Part shown: positions 37,483 through 52,238 of the stretch, piece by piece
Position numbering within the stretch: the stretch's first letter is position 1
Layout: each line of letters opens with the position of its first letter
Source: Lama glama
Taxonomy: Eukaryota
Assembly: GCA_028534125.1 (NCBI GenBank)
Contig: CM052816.1
Span: forward strand, 16,246,001 to 16,310,000
Length of the DNA stretch: 64,000 nucleotides
Direction: 5' to 3'
The notes under the pieces: model-generated
What the model was told of the DNA's origin: nothing
Databases searched by the model: none
Seen by the model: the letters and a program-made list of their open reading frames with translations, nothing else
Position numbers and translations under genes: made by a program

Positions 37483-38797
37483 TGTCCAAAGCAGTTTTGA
37501 AAATCCACCTCTGAAGTTGTCTTCAGAAACATTTTGAACCATTTGAGAGATCAGTTTCATTAATACATGATACCATACTGTTTTTTTTTTAACCCTAAAT
37601 GGCATAGTTAAGCAACCTTGTCAGCTGACTTGTCTTCAGATGAATTAACAGTTCGTTTTAAGTGGGCGTAGTTGGTTTTTGGTGTGTGTTGAGTATGAGT
37701 TTTGATTCTGAGTCTATCACTTATTAGCCATATGACCTTGGACAAGTTATTTCACCTCTTGGGCTTGGTTTTTACTGCATAAAAATGGGAATAATACTTT
37801 GAAGAGTAGTTAAATGTAGTAATACATATGAAAGTCCTTGGGACGTGGGAATGCAGTAACTGTTTTCACCCTCAAAGGATGAAGATTTGCTATTAATGAG
37901 AATATTCAGAAAGACATGATAGTCTCTAAAGGCAAGGATGGATGACTTCTAATTGTCATTTCATTATGTTTGTGGCCTCATGCTGACCTTCTCATCCTGC
38001 CTTCTATCTTTTTCTTCATTATCTATCCTTTCTTAAGTGAAGCTGTGCTGCAGAGGCTGTCTGCCAGTCTCTTGGAGTAAGCCTCTTTTCAGGAGAGCTA
38101 ATCTGAACATACTTAAAATGCCAACCCCTTGGTCATGGATTCCTGGGGATTTTTCTCTGGGGCTGCAGCTGGTGCTTAGATCATGCTCTGTAGTGCAGGC
38201 ATCTCTAACTCCTGGATTTGGTGTCAATTTGGAGACCTGTCCTTATGGAGCTAATCTTTTCTCTTTCTGAGCAAGAATGAATACTTCATTCTTATCTGAG
38301 TCGGCCTTAAGCTGTGAGCCTTAGTCGTCTGCAGCATAGAGCTTCTTACTTTAATTATATGTGGTCTAAAGAAGGAATATCCTGCCTTTTTCTTTGCTTC
38401 ATTTACTTTCACCAAGGGTTTTACTGCTAAGTGTGGGGGAGGAGAATAGCCTGTTGTCATTCAGGTGGGGCTTTGGGTAACTCCTGATTCCTAGCTTCAG
38501 TAATTGAGTTTGTCTTTGGGATAACAACCTCGTAAAAGATTCAGGCTACTCAGAACACATGTGAAGAACCTGCCAGAATTTTCTTAATTTGTGGAGGGTT
38601 TACACCTGGCATCCTCACTGATGCAATTTTCTACCTAGGAGACAGAATCCAGGAGCAACTGACTATGTTTAGCATTGACTTGTAGTTCTTTCAGTTTCCA
38701 CCAGGCAGCTCAGACAAAGGTGTGGTTGTGTTGGCTGACTCTGTCTGCCCTCATTCTCGTAATAGTACCCTAGTCACTATCTGAGGTATGGAGGATT

Positions 38798-38924
38798 GTC
38801 TTAGTTCAGTTATGGGCTGCTATAACAAAATACTACAGACTGGCTGGTTTAAATTACACTTATTTCCCACAGTCCTAGGGGGTAGAAGTGCAAGATCAGG
38901 GTGCTAGTATGATTAGATTCTTGT
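38798..38924 (-). mobile_element. MLT1A-like LTR 3' fragment
   Basis: 'tgtcttagttcagttatgggctgctataacaaaatactacagactggctggttta...caagatcagggtgc'. Confidence 0.75.
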
Positions 38925-40139
38925 GGAAAGTGGATCGGCCCTTTGGACTTCTAATCGAGTGTTTCTCATCCTTTTGTTCATTATTACCTTTTGAGACTTT
39001 TCCCCCCCAATTGCCTCCCTCCCCCACCCTACCGCACCATGGAATTTTAATACCACAGATTGACTGTGTCCGTTTATGTACTGTGGCCCTTTGGAGGGTC
39101 ACAGACTGCTATAATATCTAAGATTTTTCTTCCTCAGGAATAATTTTTCACCCCTTTGGGGGAGACTTTGCCTTCATTGAGAATGCATGGTGTTACCCTG
39201 TATTCTCTCACTGATATATAGTCATCAAGGCTTGTTTCCTATCTAGAAGTTCCCACTATCACCATAAGCTTTTTCAATGCCTCCAGTACCAAACTGGTAA
39301 ATCAGGAGAACATTATCTCATCCAGTCCTCGCATCAACCTTGTAAGGTGGTTGGTATTTTACAGATGAGGTAACTGAGGCTGTGATCTGATTAAGATAAA
39401 AAAGTTTGATATAGCCAGTCTTTAAATCCAGTTCTGACTCCAAAGGTATTTCTGTTGCACTGTGCTGCCCACTTCCACCCCTCAAGAGTCTGTAGTCATC
39501 AACAGGTTATTTGGTCATTCAGCTTATTTTCTCAAAGCCCTACTAGGTGCCATGCCCAATTGAAGATGTTGGGGACACTGAAGTGAGAGTTCCTGCTGTT
39601 AAAGGGATAACTGAATTTTTCCAGGTTGAAGATACCTTAGAGATAGTGCCTTTGTTACCCTCTCCTGTTTGGACCTCTTACTAGATGGCTGGCCTTAGCT
39701 AATGGCTGTCATGGAAGGATTTGAGCTAGTTGGCCTTAAGGAAGGTGAAAGCTCTGGATTTGTCCTTACTACTTCCATTTTCCAATCAGCAGAGCTGTTC
39801 GTAATCACTGAGCATGTCGTGTACAGAGTATAACCAAAAGGATGCGACAGGTCTAGTAAACTATTTGACCATTAGATGTTTGTGAGCATGATGATTTGTA
39901 AGAATGACATCTGCTTTGCTTATTGATAGTCCTAGTAATTCAGAACAGAAGTTATTTGTCCCTTTCTGAAGTTATTCCATTTTGCCTGCCTCAAAGCTTA
40001 GTAATGTTAAGAGAGTTGGAGAAGAAATGGAATGTGGGCAGAGGTGGTGGGAGGGATATTTTTTACCTGGATTTCTCCAAAGAGGCTGGAATTGAGTTTT
40101 TTCTTCTTTTTAAAAAATTTTGTGTGTGTGTGTGTATAT

Positions 40140-40900
40140 ATATATATTTAATTGACGGTTGGTTTACAATGTCATGTTAATTTCTAGTGTTGAGCATAGT
40201 GTTTCATTTATATACATATATTGCTTTTCATATTCTTTTTTATTATAGGTTATTACAAGATATTGAATAAAGTTCCCTATACTGTACAGTGGAACCTTGT
40301 TTATCTATTTTATGTATAGTAGTATCTGCAAATCCCAAACTCACAATTTATACCTCCTCCACTGGTAACCATGTTTGTTTTCTATGTCTGTGAGTCTATT
40401 TCTGTTTTGTAAATAAGTTCATTGGTGTCATTTTTTTTAGATTCCACATATAAGTAATACCAGATGGTGTTTTTCTTTCTCTTTCTGTCTTCGATTAGTA
40501 TGACAATCTCCAGGTCCATCCATGTTGCTGCAAATGGCATTATTTTATTCTTTTTGTGGCTGAGTAGTGTTCCATTGTATAAATACACCACAACTTCTTT
40601 ATCCATTCATCTGGTGATGGACATTTAGGTTGTTTCTATGTCTTGGCTGTTGTAAATAGTACTGCTGTGAACACTGGGGTTCATGTGTCTTTTTGAATTA
40701 GAGTTTCCTCCAGATAAATGCCCAGGAGTGGGATTGCTGGATCATATGGTAGGACTGTTTTTAGTTTTTTGAGGAGTCTCCACACTGTTCTCCATAATGG
40801 CTGCACCAAACTATTCCCATCAACAGTATAGCAGGATCCCCTTTTCTCCACACCTTCTCCAGCATTTATTATTTTGGACTTTTTAATGATGGCCATTCTG
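40140..40900 (-). mobile_element. L1 3' end (moderately young)
   Basis: ORFs 40681-40896 ([38 protein letters not shown]) and 40382-40606 (IMPFAATWMDLE) match the L1 ORF2 C-terminus. Confidence 0.93.
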
Positions 40901-41742
40901 TGAATTTATTTTTTATTGTTTTTATTTTCTTCCAAATCTTGGATTTTTGAGGTGTTGCATTTACCATCCGCTGCTCTGGTGTTTCTTTGGTCTTTCTTTC
41001 TCACAGCTGAGCTCTGGTGTTCTGGACTGGAAGTTGGAGTCTTAGCGTAGTGTTTCATGTTTAACCTGTGTAACATGTCACATCCACAGAGAAATGGAAA
41101 GGAGTATGTTTCTGAGGTCTGCTTGTTGGCTATATCTTGACTAAAGACATTCTTGATCCTGCCTTTTAATTACCATTTATTAGTATCACAGACAGAGGAA
41201 CACAGCAGTCAAATGAACTGATCCATGTCTAGCCACTTTCCTTTCTGCAAGTCACCTGCCCCTTCTGTCTTGTGAGAAGGAGGGGTTCTAGAAGATGGAA
41301 GTAGAATGAGAGATGCATCCCAAAGTTCTGGTGAGGAAGGCTTAATGCCAGTGGACTTTTAAACGGACATTTCTTTGCATTTTGGAATAGTTTCATGCTT
41401 ATGCTTCTCATTTCTGTGAGGCTCCCAAGGAGGTAGCATCTTTCTGACCAAACTCTAGAAAACTATAAGGCTTCAGTTCAGTGGCAGTAATATAAAGTAG
41501 GACAATCAATACAGACAACATTGATCGGTCATGCTTTGAATCCAGAGAGTAGTAGACATTGGAGTCATAAGAGGCCAGCTCCTATGCAAGGTTTTAAGGT
41601 TGATTTTATGACCTTCCCCATCTCATACTCATGAGGATTGGGTTTGATTATATTCTTGAAGCAAAGTCTCCATCCTTGAGCCCAGCTGCTAAAGTCTAAG
41701 ATTATGGTGTTTCTGTGCTGGAAGAGATCATCCAAGGGAGTC

Positions 41743-41884
41743 TTTTTTTTTTTCTTTCAATTTTTTGAGGCAGGGAGGTTATTAGGTTTATTTATTTATT
41801 CATTTTAATGGAGGTACTGGGGATTGAACCAAGGACCTCATGCATGCTAAGCACGCACTCTACCACTGAACTGTACTGTCCCCT
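41743..41884 (-). mobile_element. tRNA-Ala-derived SINE (Vic-1 type)
   Basis: 'atggaggtactggggattgaaccaaggacctcatgcatgctaagcacgcactctaccactgaactgtac' plus the family tail 'attaggtttatttattt' and poly(T). Confidence 0.88.
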
Positions 41885-44800
41885 CCAGGAAGTCTTAATT
41901 TCATTGCAAACATCAATACCAAGTCGGCTTCATATCCAAGGGACTGCTGTTTGTAGTACCTTGGTGAGTGAAGAGTTGGGAGATACCCTTCTAGTTCTGT
42001 CATCACCCAGTGCTTCAGTTTTGCTTTCAATGGGTTCCTATTTTACTGACTATAAAACTGAGCCCCAGAGAAGTGAAATAGGCCATATATCTTTTTTAGG
42101 GCCACCAGTGTGTTAGTGGTAGAGCTGAAACTCAAGCCAGAGGGCCTGCAGATGGTGGCCTTAGAAGTTGTTAGAATTAGAGCCATGTAAAGATGCAAGA
42201 TGCTGTTGCAGTTAAAAGTCTCTAGGGAGGAAGAAGGTCCCGCCTCCACTGACTGACTTGTTTATTAACTTAAAATTCTCACTGGTGAAGTTTTTGGCTG
42301 TCATGCTGATTTTTCTCATGTTCATATTGAAGTGTGTTTCCTTTTGCTCTTACCCCAAAGGAAATAGATTTGAAGTTTCCACCTGTTTTAGAAACAATGA
42401 AAATAGTGCCCAGGCCAGACTGCTGTGAGTGTGAAGAATGGAGTCAGTGAACCACTGGACGTTACCTCATGACCCAAGCAAACCTTTAATACATTTCTGA
42501 AAGAAGAGAGTAAACGAATGAATGGTATGCCAGAGTGGTTTAAAACTACTTAGGGGTCAGGTCACTTGGTTTTATATTTGCTATTTACTTACTAATTATC
42601 AGATCGTTAACAGGTTACTTATTTTCTGTAAGTCTTGATTTCATGACCTGTAAAATGGGAATAGTAATAGCTACTTTAGTAGCTGTCTTAAACTGACAGA
42701 ATATATACAGGAAAGTGCTGCTTCTGGTACAGTGTAAGTGCTCTGTATACTATCAATAATGACAACAGCCGCAGTTTCCAATTCCTGACCCGAGACTTGG
42801 TTAGAGGGTAAGTTATGCAGACTGTGTAAGTATTACCTTAATAGACGCATCATTGTCTGACTTCTTCGTTGGTTGGCTTATTATTCTTATCAGTTACAGT
42901 GATCACAGGTAGCTCATGCTGAATAAGTAAAAGTTGGCAACAGCAAGGAATTTCACAACCTATCTGCCATTTCCTTCCTTACTTAACTTAGTTCTCACCT
43001 TTCTGAGGCTCTAACTGGCTGTCCTAGCCAGGGGCTTCTGTTTCTTGTTTAGTGTCTGACACAGGGATTTCAATGGAGCAGGTCTGGTTGGTCCTGAGCC
43101 TTCCTGGGCCCTCTCCTTGTCTCTTGCCTTCTGCTCTTCAGCCAGACATGAAGCAATTAGCTCATTAAGGGAACTCTGACTTCTTTGTCATGGCTTTCTT
43201 CTGATTTATATGCCCATTTCTGGCCTTGTGCAAGGTCAGGGAGCCACAGTCAATTATGTGATCCAGATTTTGTGCTCAACTTGGCTCTCTGCTTTTGAGA
43301 TTTGCAGCTCATTCAATGTAGCAATGGAGGTGGAAGTAGGGGAAAAGCCCCTGAAGCTACAACCCCCCATTGTTCTGATCTCAAGCTGAGTTTTTAAAAA
43401 TCCTGAGCATCATAACTATAGCCTGTGCCTTACTTCTTTGAATGAAACAAATAGGGTAAAACCTCATTATTTCATTATTTGGGGGAAAGACCAGTCGGAA
43501 TAGGTAAAAAAAAAAAAAAAGAAATTAAAGAGTGTTTTCAAGGAAATGCCATTGTCTTAGATTTTGGGGCAAGCCTCTGCATTATCTTTGTCTTCTAGTC
43601 TTAGTGCTTCCTCTGTTTCCTGGAACTGCACCTGAGTTATTATAGGAGCTTCGTCCTATTTCCTCCTTTGGCTTCCTCCAGGACACTGTGTATTTCTGCC
43701 CCTTAGGGTCTTCCAAAATACAGTGCTGATTGGAGAACACTCATGTTTAGAAGCTTTCAGTGGCACCCACTGGCTGCTGAATAAATTCCAAATGTGTCAG
43801 TTGTTCTCGTGTTCCATGCCTATCGCTGCGTATCCCTGTCCACTTTAATTATATCATCTCCCATTACTCACGGGTACCCTTTGCTCCTGATAAACTGATC
43901 CAGGTGCTCCTCTAAGCATGCCTCATGTTTGCAGATTTGCCATTTCTTTTGTCCGGAGTACTCTCTCCTTAGTCTTCTACTTTATGCTGCAGATCTGCCT
44001 TCTTCAGTGAGCCTTGCCTGATACCTCCGCATCTGTATCCCCATAGCAACACTATGATTACAGAATTCAGCATACTTTATCCTGGTTAGTGTTTGTGTTT
44101 CTTATTATATGACCTTCTCAGGGACATAGACGTGCTTTATTTTGTGTTTCTAGCATAATGCTGAGTATAACATGGATACCATAAGTGCTTGTTGAATGGA
44201 TGAATATGTGAATGCCTGAGAAATGGTAGTAGTCCTGTATAATCCCAGTTCTTTCCTGAGATATTCCTTGATCCCTAATCACAGTGAGTTTGGCATGTTC
44301 AACTCTCAGAGCCCTTTGTGTCTGAAACAGTCTGATTCTTTAAAGTAAGTCTTACCTTTCCAACTTAATTAGAAATTCCAGGAGGGCAAAAATGCATCCT
44401 TTATTTTTCTTTGTGTACCCAGCCCCCAGCGCAATTCCTGGCACACAGAGTGTGTTTAATAAATGCTTTTGAATCCAGGAGTCCAACTATTTGGTCACCT
44501 GCTGTGCCTACCAGTTGATCAGCCTTCTCTGTCACTCACTGGCTAGGGGTCTCCAACTCAAAGATGTTTTCAGGTAGGAAACAGTGTGAGACAGCAGGGA
44601 ACATTAGACTGTGCCAAACTGGAGTGCTTATGTGCTTCATGGGGGACATCTGCTGCTCAGCCTATTATTGCCATGGGTGAGTGCGGCTCTAGTGGTCTTT
44701 GCATCTCATACTGCAAGAGAAGCCAGAAATCCAGATTTTACTGTGAAATCTCCAGGAACTACCAAAGCACATCTGTGGACTAGATTTGACCTGTAGGTAT

Positions 44801-47800
44801 CCATTTGTGACCTTTGGGTAGAGGCTGGAATTTCACACATTTAAGTTCCTTGTGGAAGAAGAAAGGGAAGGGAAGGTATAACCTGAAAGTATTTTAGGAA
44901 GTTTTTGTGAAGGCCTAGCTTTGGTTAAGAGTATCCTGTAATTTTCTATGGGTAGTGACTTAGTCTCTTGGGCTGAGTCCTACAGAGACCATGTATGGAC
45001 TGGGTTTCATCTTGTTTTCAATTCCCAGAAAGATGGTGACCTAGGGACTTAAGTAATTTTTGCCCTTTTTGCCCAGCCTCTGCTGAGGCAGGTTTGACGG
45101 TTGTTCTTGCTTCTGTCAACTTCTAAGGGCCTGGTGGTCAGGCTGGTCCAGCACAAAGTCCCAGAGACTGTTCCTGTTAATGGCTTCTCTGAGAAGGATT
45201 TCTGGATGAATAAGCACAACAGAAAGGGAAATAGATTGTACAAAATCATTGCCTAAGTGTGGTCGGCCAAGGGGCAATGCAGTATAATAGTCAGAATGGA
45301 ATCTGCACCTCTGTGGAACCTCCTGCAGGACAGTATCTCATCCTCTGGCTGTCCTGTTCTTTTTGTAGTCTCTAAGGGCCCCTGACAGTGCTTACTGCTT
45401 GGCATTACTTTCTGGTTCTGAAAGTGTCACCACTAATGGTATCCCCATCTGAGGTAGAAACTAGCTGATTGAAATATCTAGAAGAATACGTGAGAAACTG
45501 AAAAGAGTGTCTTTGATGAGGGCTCCTGGGTGGCTGGAGAATGGGAAAGGAGGGAGACTTAATTTTCACTGTATATCTTGTGTGCTTTTTCTAATTTGAC
45601 CTATGTACATATATTGTTACATTTTTTTAAAGTACCTAAGCAGACCCAAGTGTGATCATCTCTTCAAATTCTGCTCTGTTCTTACTTTATTCCTAAAGCA
45701 TGGGTTTCTCTGCAAACACCTGGATCCAGTCACTGTAGACTGCCTTTTAAAGGTGACAGCCTTGCCTCTTTGCCCCCAGAAGTGTTTCAGGGTTTCTCAC
45801 CTAGAGATCTTTGGAATGATAAATAGGCTTAAAGTATGTTCAACATTTTACTGTTTTTAAATGGCTTTCAGATACATTATTTTATTTGATCCTTACAACA
45901 TCCCCATTTTATAGAGGTGGAACATTGAGGTTTGGAGAGTCTAAATGACTTACTTGAGGTCATACTGCTAGTCAGGGTAGAGCCATGACTAATCCAGCTT
46001 GCCTTACTTTGTATTCATGCTTCTTGCTGTAAGTTCTTATGGCAGTGAGGTAGTCTTCTCTTTTTGGAACTCTCTTATAGGTTTCCAGAGCTATTCAATT
46101 GGGGCAGTAGTGGAGCTTTGGTGTTTCCTCTTAGCGCTAGCCTTTTCCTCTTTAGGACTCTCAATTACCTAAATCTGTCATCTTTGGGGGAAAAAGGGTG
46201 AGTAGTAGGTTTCTCCATTTTCTAGATAAGGTAAATTAAGGCTCCAGTGGGGGTGATACCTTTTAGGGAAGCCTAAATTGACAGTCTGATTTCCTTTTCT
46301 TTGCTGAGTATTCATGCTGCTATTAGTCAGAGGGCTTTGTTTCCAGGTTACAAATCTTTTTAGCAAAGAGGTAAGCGTGGAATAGAATTGGAAGGACTCG
46401 TATAGTCCTTGGATATAATTTAATGTTCCACATCGCAGAGAGAGTAAAGTGCACAAGATGGATTTGGATTAATATCCTGACAGCATATGGCTTGGCATGT
46501 AGGGCACTCCTGGGAGACCCTCCTCACCATACACAGCCCACCTTTGCCGAGTGGCCTCTTCCCACAGGTCTTCCCAGCAGCTGTTGTGCACCTGGGTGAA
46601 TCATCAGCTTCCTTAAGTGTTGAAAAAGACAATTTTAACTAATGAAAGCCCTCATATGGGAGGCAAAATAAACAGACAACCCTGAAAGACCGTGTATTTT
46701 AGTACTTCTTAGCTTCCCCTGGGTTTGTTCAGGGTATTGACATCCATTAGAAACACTGGCTGGTCTCTTCAGAATATAATGTTGAAAATTGTCTTGCCCT
46801 TTCTGCTTTACTGCCCCTGGTGTCACGGATGTGGAATGTCTCTGGAAGCGTCAGAAAGGCAATGAGCACTATGGAGGGAAGGCTCAATTGCTTCTAAGAA
46901 CCAAGCAGAAATCCTTGACTTTTTACCTTTTCTGTTCTTACTTAAATCAGAATTAGGTTGCCTTCAAAGAGAATTATGGGCATTACTGACACAACTCAGA
47001 GTACTCAGAGGCTCCTGGTACCTCCTTTGCAGTCTGTGAAGAGAACTTGTTGGGGACATGCAGAGATCATGTTCAGGTTATCTTTTCCTCACCCAGCCCT
47101 AACCTTTGCTATGCTAAAGAGTTGTCCTAGAGGTACGTACCAGTGGATGGCTTAGTCAGGGCCTCACTAGTTGGCAGCTTTGTAGGTCTGGAAACTCAGT
47201 TCATCCAGGTTTAGGTTTCAGTGGGCTATCTCAAGCATATGAAATTCATGAGACCATCAAGCCACTGTTCCGTTTAATTTATTAACTCTAAGAAACATGA
47301 CTACCAAGTTTATTTGTATGGACAGGTAGGAACACTGTTTCCACCATAGGAAAGGTGAACCAGGAGCCAATTCAGCCCTGGAGGAAGTCAAGGTGAAGTA
47401 TGGTGGAAAGCTCTTAGCCGTAGGTCAGATATACCCATATTTAAACCATGTACTAGCTGCGAGACTTCAGATGAGTTACTTAACCGCTCTGCTCCTATTT
47501 TCTTCTTTTGTAAACCTCCCCCCCCGGGGGGGTTTTCAGAGATGTACATAGTAAGCACTCGGTAAATATCTTGTCCTTTTTATTCCCCTCTCTCCTTCCA
47601 TCTTCTCTTCTCTGCTCCCAACATTGTCCTTCTAGGGCTGTATCTGTATTCTGACCAAAATACACTTGTCAGTCTCTCAGGCCACCAGGAATGTATTGGA
47701 GAGTGATTCATTCTTATTCTCTAGGTTCCTCTTTATGTATCCTTTGCAGACCGTAGGCCTTCGTTTACCACAGGTTACAGTAGGCACAACTAGATTCTAG

Positions 47801-50749
47801 CTCTCTTCAATCTGTTCCAACCTAAGGAATCTTTGTGGTTACCCTTCAGTCTGCAGTTCTTTGCTGAGCACCCACTGTGTGTCAGGTACTGCTCGGCCAT
47901 GGGGGTATAGTGGTTAGTGAGACAGATATGATCTCTGCCCTCAGAAACACCTCTCAAAACCCCCTCCTCATATGGGTTACTTCTGTGGATGATGATCTTA
48001 CTCATTCTTTTTTGCTTCATACTAATTTTCTTCTGAGTGCAGTCTTCTCTCTAGACCTAGGAGACAGTGCCCCTTTGTGCTGCCTGGGCCTTGCCTGCTG
48101 GCTTGCCTGTTCCCAAGTGGTGAGAATAGAGGGCTGAGGTTGAAGGAAAAAGCCCTGTGGTCTACTACTGCCTCAGCCACACATGTCCTAAAGGCCTGCA
48201 CTTGGCATTCTTGAATGTTCCTTTTCTCCTTGCACACAGATTATAGTGTTCACTGGTAATTTAAATTCAAATAACCTTCCCCCCCATCTCTGCCTTAAAA
48301 AAAAAAAAGAGCCCTGTGTGTTACAGGGTGAAGAACAAAGTGGGGCAGCCCTGGTCTCCTGGTGGGGTTTGTTTTATCATGTGTGTTTTTTATGCAGCCT
48401 TGGTATGGGTTGCCTTTCCTTTAATAAGGCTAATGTGTGATTCAGGCATATTGATATTCTGCAGTCACAGAATCTCACATCTTTCTCGATTTTGTCATAA
48501 ATAGTGTGACAGGTGGATTTAGGGGCTTTGGCTGACAAGAAGTGGGACTTGCTTCTTCACTTTGGACTCCAGACTGCATCCTGGCCCCTAGGGACCCTAC
48601 TTAAAGAAGGCCTAGCAGCCAGGTTGATGGGTTTCTCAGCTTCAAAATAGGGGCCTGAAGATAGTCCTCTGCTTCCCTTTCCTCTCCCTGTTGCCAATTT
48701 TACCAGCAGTTGCCAAGAAGCGTGTATAGGGAAGCAGGCAGAATGGCTCTCTGGATGCCATTTATTTGAGAACTTCCAGCAGAGAAGTGTGTTTTCCTCT
48801 CCTTTTTCTCTTGTGGTGGTGTGTAGCATTGTGATTTGGCACTGCTTGTACGTCTGTAATACTGAGTCCTGTACATGACTCCTCTGGCCCTGTAGGGGTT
48901 TTCAACAATAAATTGCTTGCTGCTTGGTGTTTCCCCCAAATTCCATCACCTTCCCAGAAACGGAGGAGTGTGTCAACAATTAGGGACCTAGTGGAACTTC
49001 TGTTTCTGTCACTGTGACCACTGGAAGTATGGTGGTTGAGCCCAAATAAGCCATGTTTCCCACTGCTGCTGGGGCTGGGCATTTGCTGCAGTTGGTTTTA
49101 GCTTTAAGCGTCACACTAGAGGCTTCATTGGAAAGGAGAGAGCACTGTGTAATTATTGCTTATGTACGAGTTAAACCTATCAGCCAACAGATGTCAAGTG
49201 CAGGGAAAAAGTGCAGTAATGTTATTATAATGGCATAATAGTTATAATAATCAGCTGGCATAGCATTTGATAAGAAGCAGATCCTGAAATGAGTGCAAGG
49301 GGGAGGGTTAACCTTGAACTACAGTACAATGAATGGATGCTTAACCTTGTAAGAGATGCTGTGTGGATGTGGATGATTCAGGTATAGAGTTTACCGCCAC
49401 TGCATAGGTAGAGGAGCTATGGAGACTTCATCTTGGGTTGTCTGCCCTGCAGTTACTGCCTTATGGTGTGATGGAGCACACACCATCCTTTTATTTAAGG
49501 TTCTCTGGGTTGCAGGATTACAGTCCTAGCACCCAGCAGCAGTGGCTTCTGGGAAAGGCAGAGACTTCATCCCTATGGGCCCATTTGGGATTTTTAGAAA
49601 AATCTAGCCTCATCCTCATAGCTATAGGTGATGAACTCTACTCCTTATAGTGAACTGTCTCCATACCTAGGATATGGAGTTGTACCTCAGTTATATACAT
49701 ACTAATTGTGGTGGGCTGTGCTCGCATAAGGCAGCCTCTCCTTGATGGAGCTACATTCTCACTCTGGTTAGGAAGGTGGTGGTGAAGGGGTGAGGAGCAG
49801 AACTGGGTGCATAGATGACCCACAAAGGCAGCCCTGGGGTGGGAGAAAAAGTGTGTGGATTCAGGCAGACCTGGGTTTGTTCCTGACCTTGTCATTCACT
49901 AGCTGTTGGACAAGTTGTTAAACCTTGTTGAACCTCAGCTACCCGTCTTTATGTGTGCTCATCTGTGCCTTATTTGTTTCTCCCTAGCAGCCCTGTCTGA
50001 ATTACCTATCACTGTGCCTGCCATTGAATAGAACTCAGTAAATGCTTCTGCTTCCTCCACCTTACCCTACCTGCCTATCCTAAAGAGTAGAAGGGCATAG
50101 ACAGACCCTTCTGCTTGTAAAGTGAATTTTGGTCTCAATTAGAGCTTGGTGTGAATTTCTTCAGGCGTGGGTGTTGCTTCTCTGAGCTACAATCTGTAGA
50201 GCTCTTCCGAAGCTGCCTCATCAGGGGGGATTTTTGATATTTAATGTTTGTGCACATCTTTGCTTCATCCAAGGAGTAAAAGATGGGGTTTAAAATCCCT
50301 TCAGGGAATGGTGTACCTGCTTCTATCTCAGCCTCCTGCAGCCCTCCTCCTTTCCCATTTTTCCTTTGGGTAGGTCACTTGGGGGCACTGCTCTGAGGAA
50401 TACTTGTTTCTTGCAGAGTCTGCTAGTTGTTTGGTTCAGTCTCTTTACTGGGTAAAGGTTTTTATGTTTCTATACGACTGGGACTTTGCTGTGGACTTTT
50501 ATTTTGGAAGCTTGGAGCACTCAGAAAAGGTGTTATCTATTTAGACTGTTTTTGGCTGTAAGCCAGGTTATCACTATGGCTACCACCAGTCTAGAGAATG
50601 GCAGGACATAGAAAGTAACTTCTGGAAGAAATTTGGGAAAGAGGAAGGGGGAAGGGGAAGAATAATTTGCCTTAAGGTCATAAAAGGAGAACAGCTTCTC
50701 TAAGCAGAACCATTTGATTTGTACAGGCCTTCATTTTCTTTCTCTCTGA

Positions 50750-51430
50750 AATTTTCTTTCAGTCAATAAACATATAGTGTCTGTTATATTCCAGACCATG
50801 GTCAGCCCTGAGATATACTTGTGACCAAGTCAGATACAGTTCCTGCTCAGAGTATTGATGAATATAGACATAATCAAATTATAATCATACACGTAAATGT
50901 AAAATTATAATTGTAATCAATGTGTGGAAAGAAAGGAATGTGGTTCCATGAGAATTTTTGACTTGGTCCTGGGGTTAAGAGGGTATCAGGTAATGCTTCC
51001 TTGAAGAAGTGACATTTGAGTTAAATTGTGAAGAACAAGCAGATGTTTACTAAGCAAAGTGACATGTGGTTGAAGAGCTTTTCAGGCTGAGAGCTCAGCT
51101 TTTACAAAGCCGCCTGAGTGGGGTAGGGGTTGAGGGGTGCAAAGAAGCATAACTTCCATGAGGAACCGGAAGAAATTGTGGCCAGAGCACAGAGAGTGAG
51201 AGGAGATAGGTGCAGGTGAGGTTGGAGGGATTGGAAAGGGCAGGCCTGGTCAGCCATGGCGAGGTATCTTGCCTTGATCGGAAGAGCAGGAAATCCTTTG
51301 AAGGGTTGTTAGTTGTGGTTGTGGTAGTGAGATGACTGAATTTGCAGTATGAACAGATCATTCTGTCATGGTACATTAGATGGATTTTGATGAGGGATTG
51401 AGAATGAAGACCAAAAGAAGAAAAATTACT
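50750..51430 (-). mobile_element. L2 fragment
   Basis: 'cagtcaataaacata...gaagtgacatttgag...gatgactgaatttgcag...gatcattctg'. Confidence 0.7.
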
Positions 51431-52238
51431 GTAATAGGTTACTTGTTTTCCTTCAGTCAACTAAATGGTAGTCTTGAGATTGGACCCTGTGAAGTGTTGC
51501 CTTGCTCCTCCTGAGTCAAGTCCTCTCTCAGTGCCCACTGACAGTGTGTTGTTGGGGCCACCTGGTCACTCAGCAGATGTGGTGGCTCAGAATGCTGGCA
51601 TTTGGCATCTTTCCACCTTCCCAGAAAAAGGCCTGGAGGTTTCAGACCTGTCACTTATTAACATATGACAGCAACAGAGCACTTCGTAACCTGTGTCTTA
51701 CCATCCCTCTGTTGGTTGTCACTACTGGGCGAGGGCTACCACTTTCACCTTGGACCACTTAAGACACTGACACAGGCACCTCCCTGAGATGTGATATGCC
51801 AAGTTAGCAAAGCCAACACCTGAGGTTCTTACCACTCAGTTCTGGTTGATGTTGGTGTGCACATTCTCTCTTGGTAGCAGCCAATGTCTGGGGGCCAGAA
51901 ATGGGCTGTAATTATTCTTCCCACTGTGTAACCAGGAAGACTGAGGTATAGGAGGGACCTGTGGTATAAAAAAGCCTCGGTCAGAGTCACACGCTGTCAG
52001 ACCAAGTGTTAGGTGTGTGGAAGGCAGTCCTAGACCCCAGACCAGAGCCCTTCCTCAGCTATACTGTGGCCTTGCCCACGTCTCCTTCCGCTTACACAGC
52101 TGGAAGGCCATGGTACATAGTGGTTAGGAACATGATCCTTGGAATTGGGCAGACCTTCACTAGGAATCTTTGTTCCACTCCTTATAAGCTGTGTGATCTT
52201 GGACAAGTTACTTCACTTCCCTGACCCATAGTTTTCTT

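Noticed and set aside
28798..42938. Shared 10-mers between unique segments (GACGCATCAT at 28798/42844; ATGTAAGTAG at 23228/28851; AAAGTTGGCA at 23762/~42930)
   Set aside because: A few 10-mer matches are expected by chance among ~2 kb of compared sequence, and there is no conserved order.
47518..47532. C8G7 palindrome
   Set aside because: Homopolymer slippage or sequencing noise inside a MIR.
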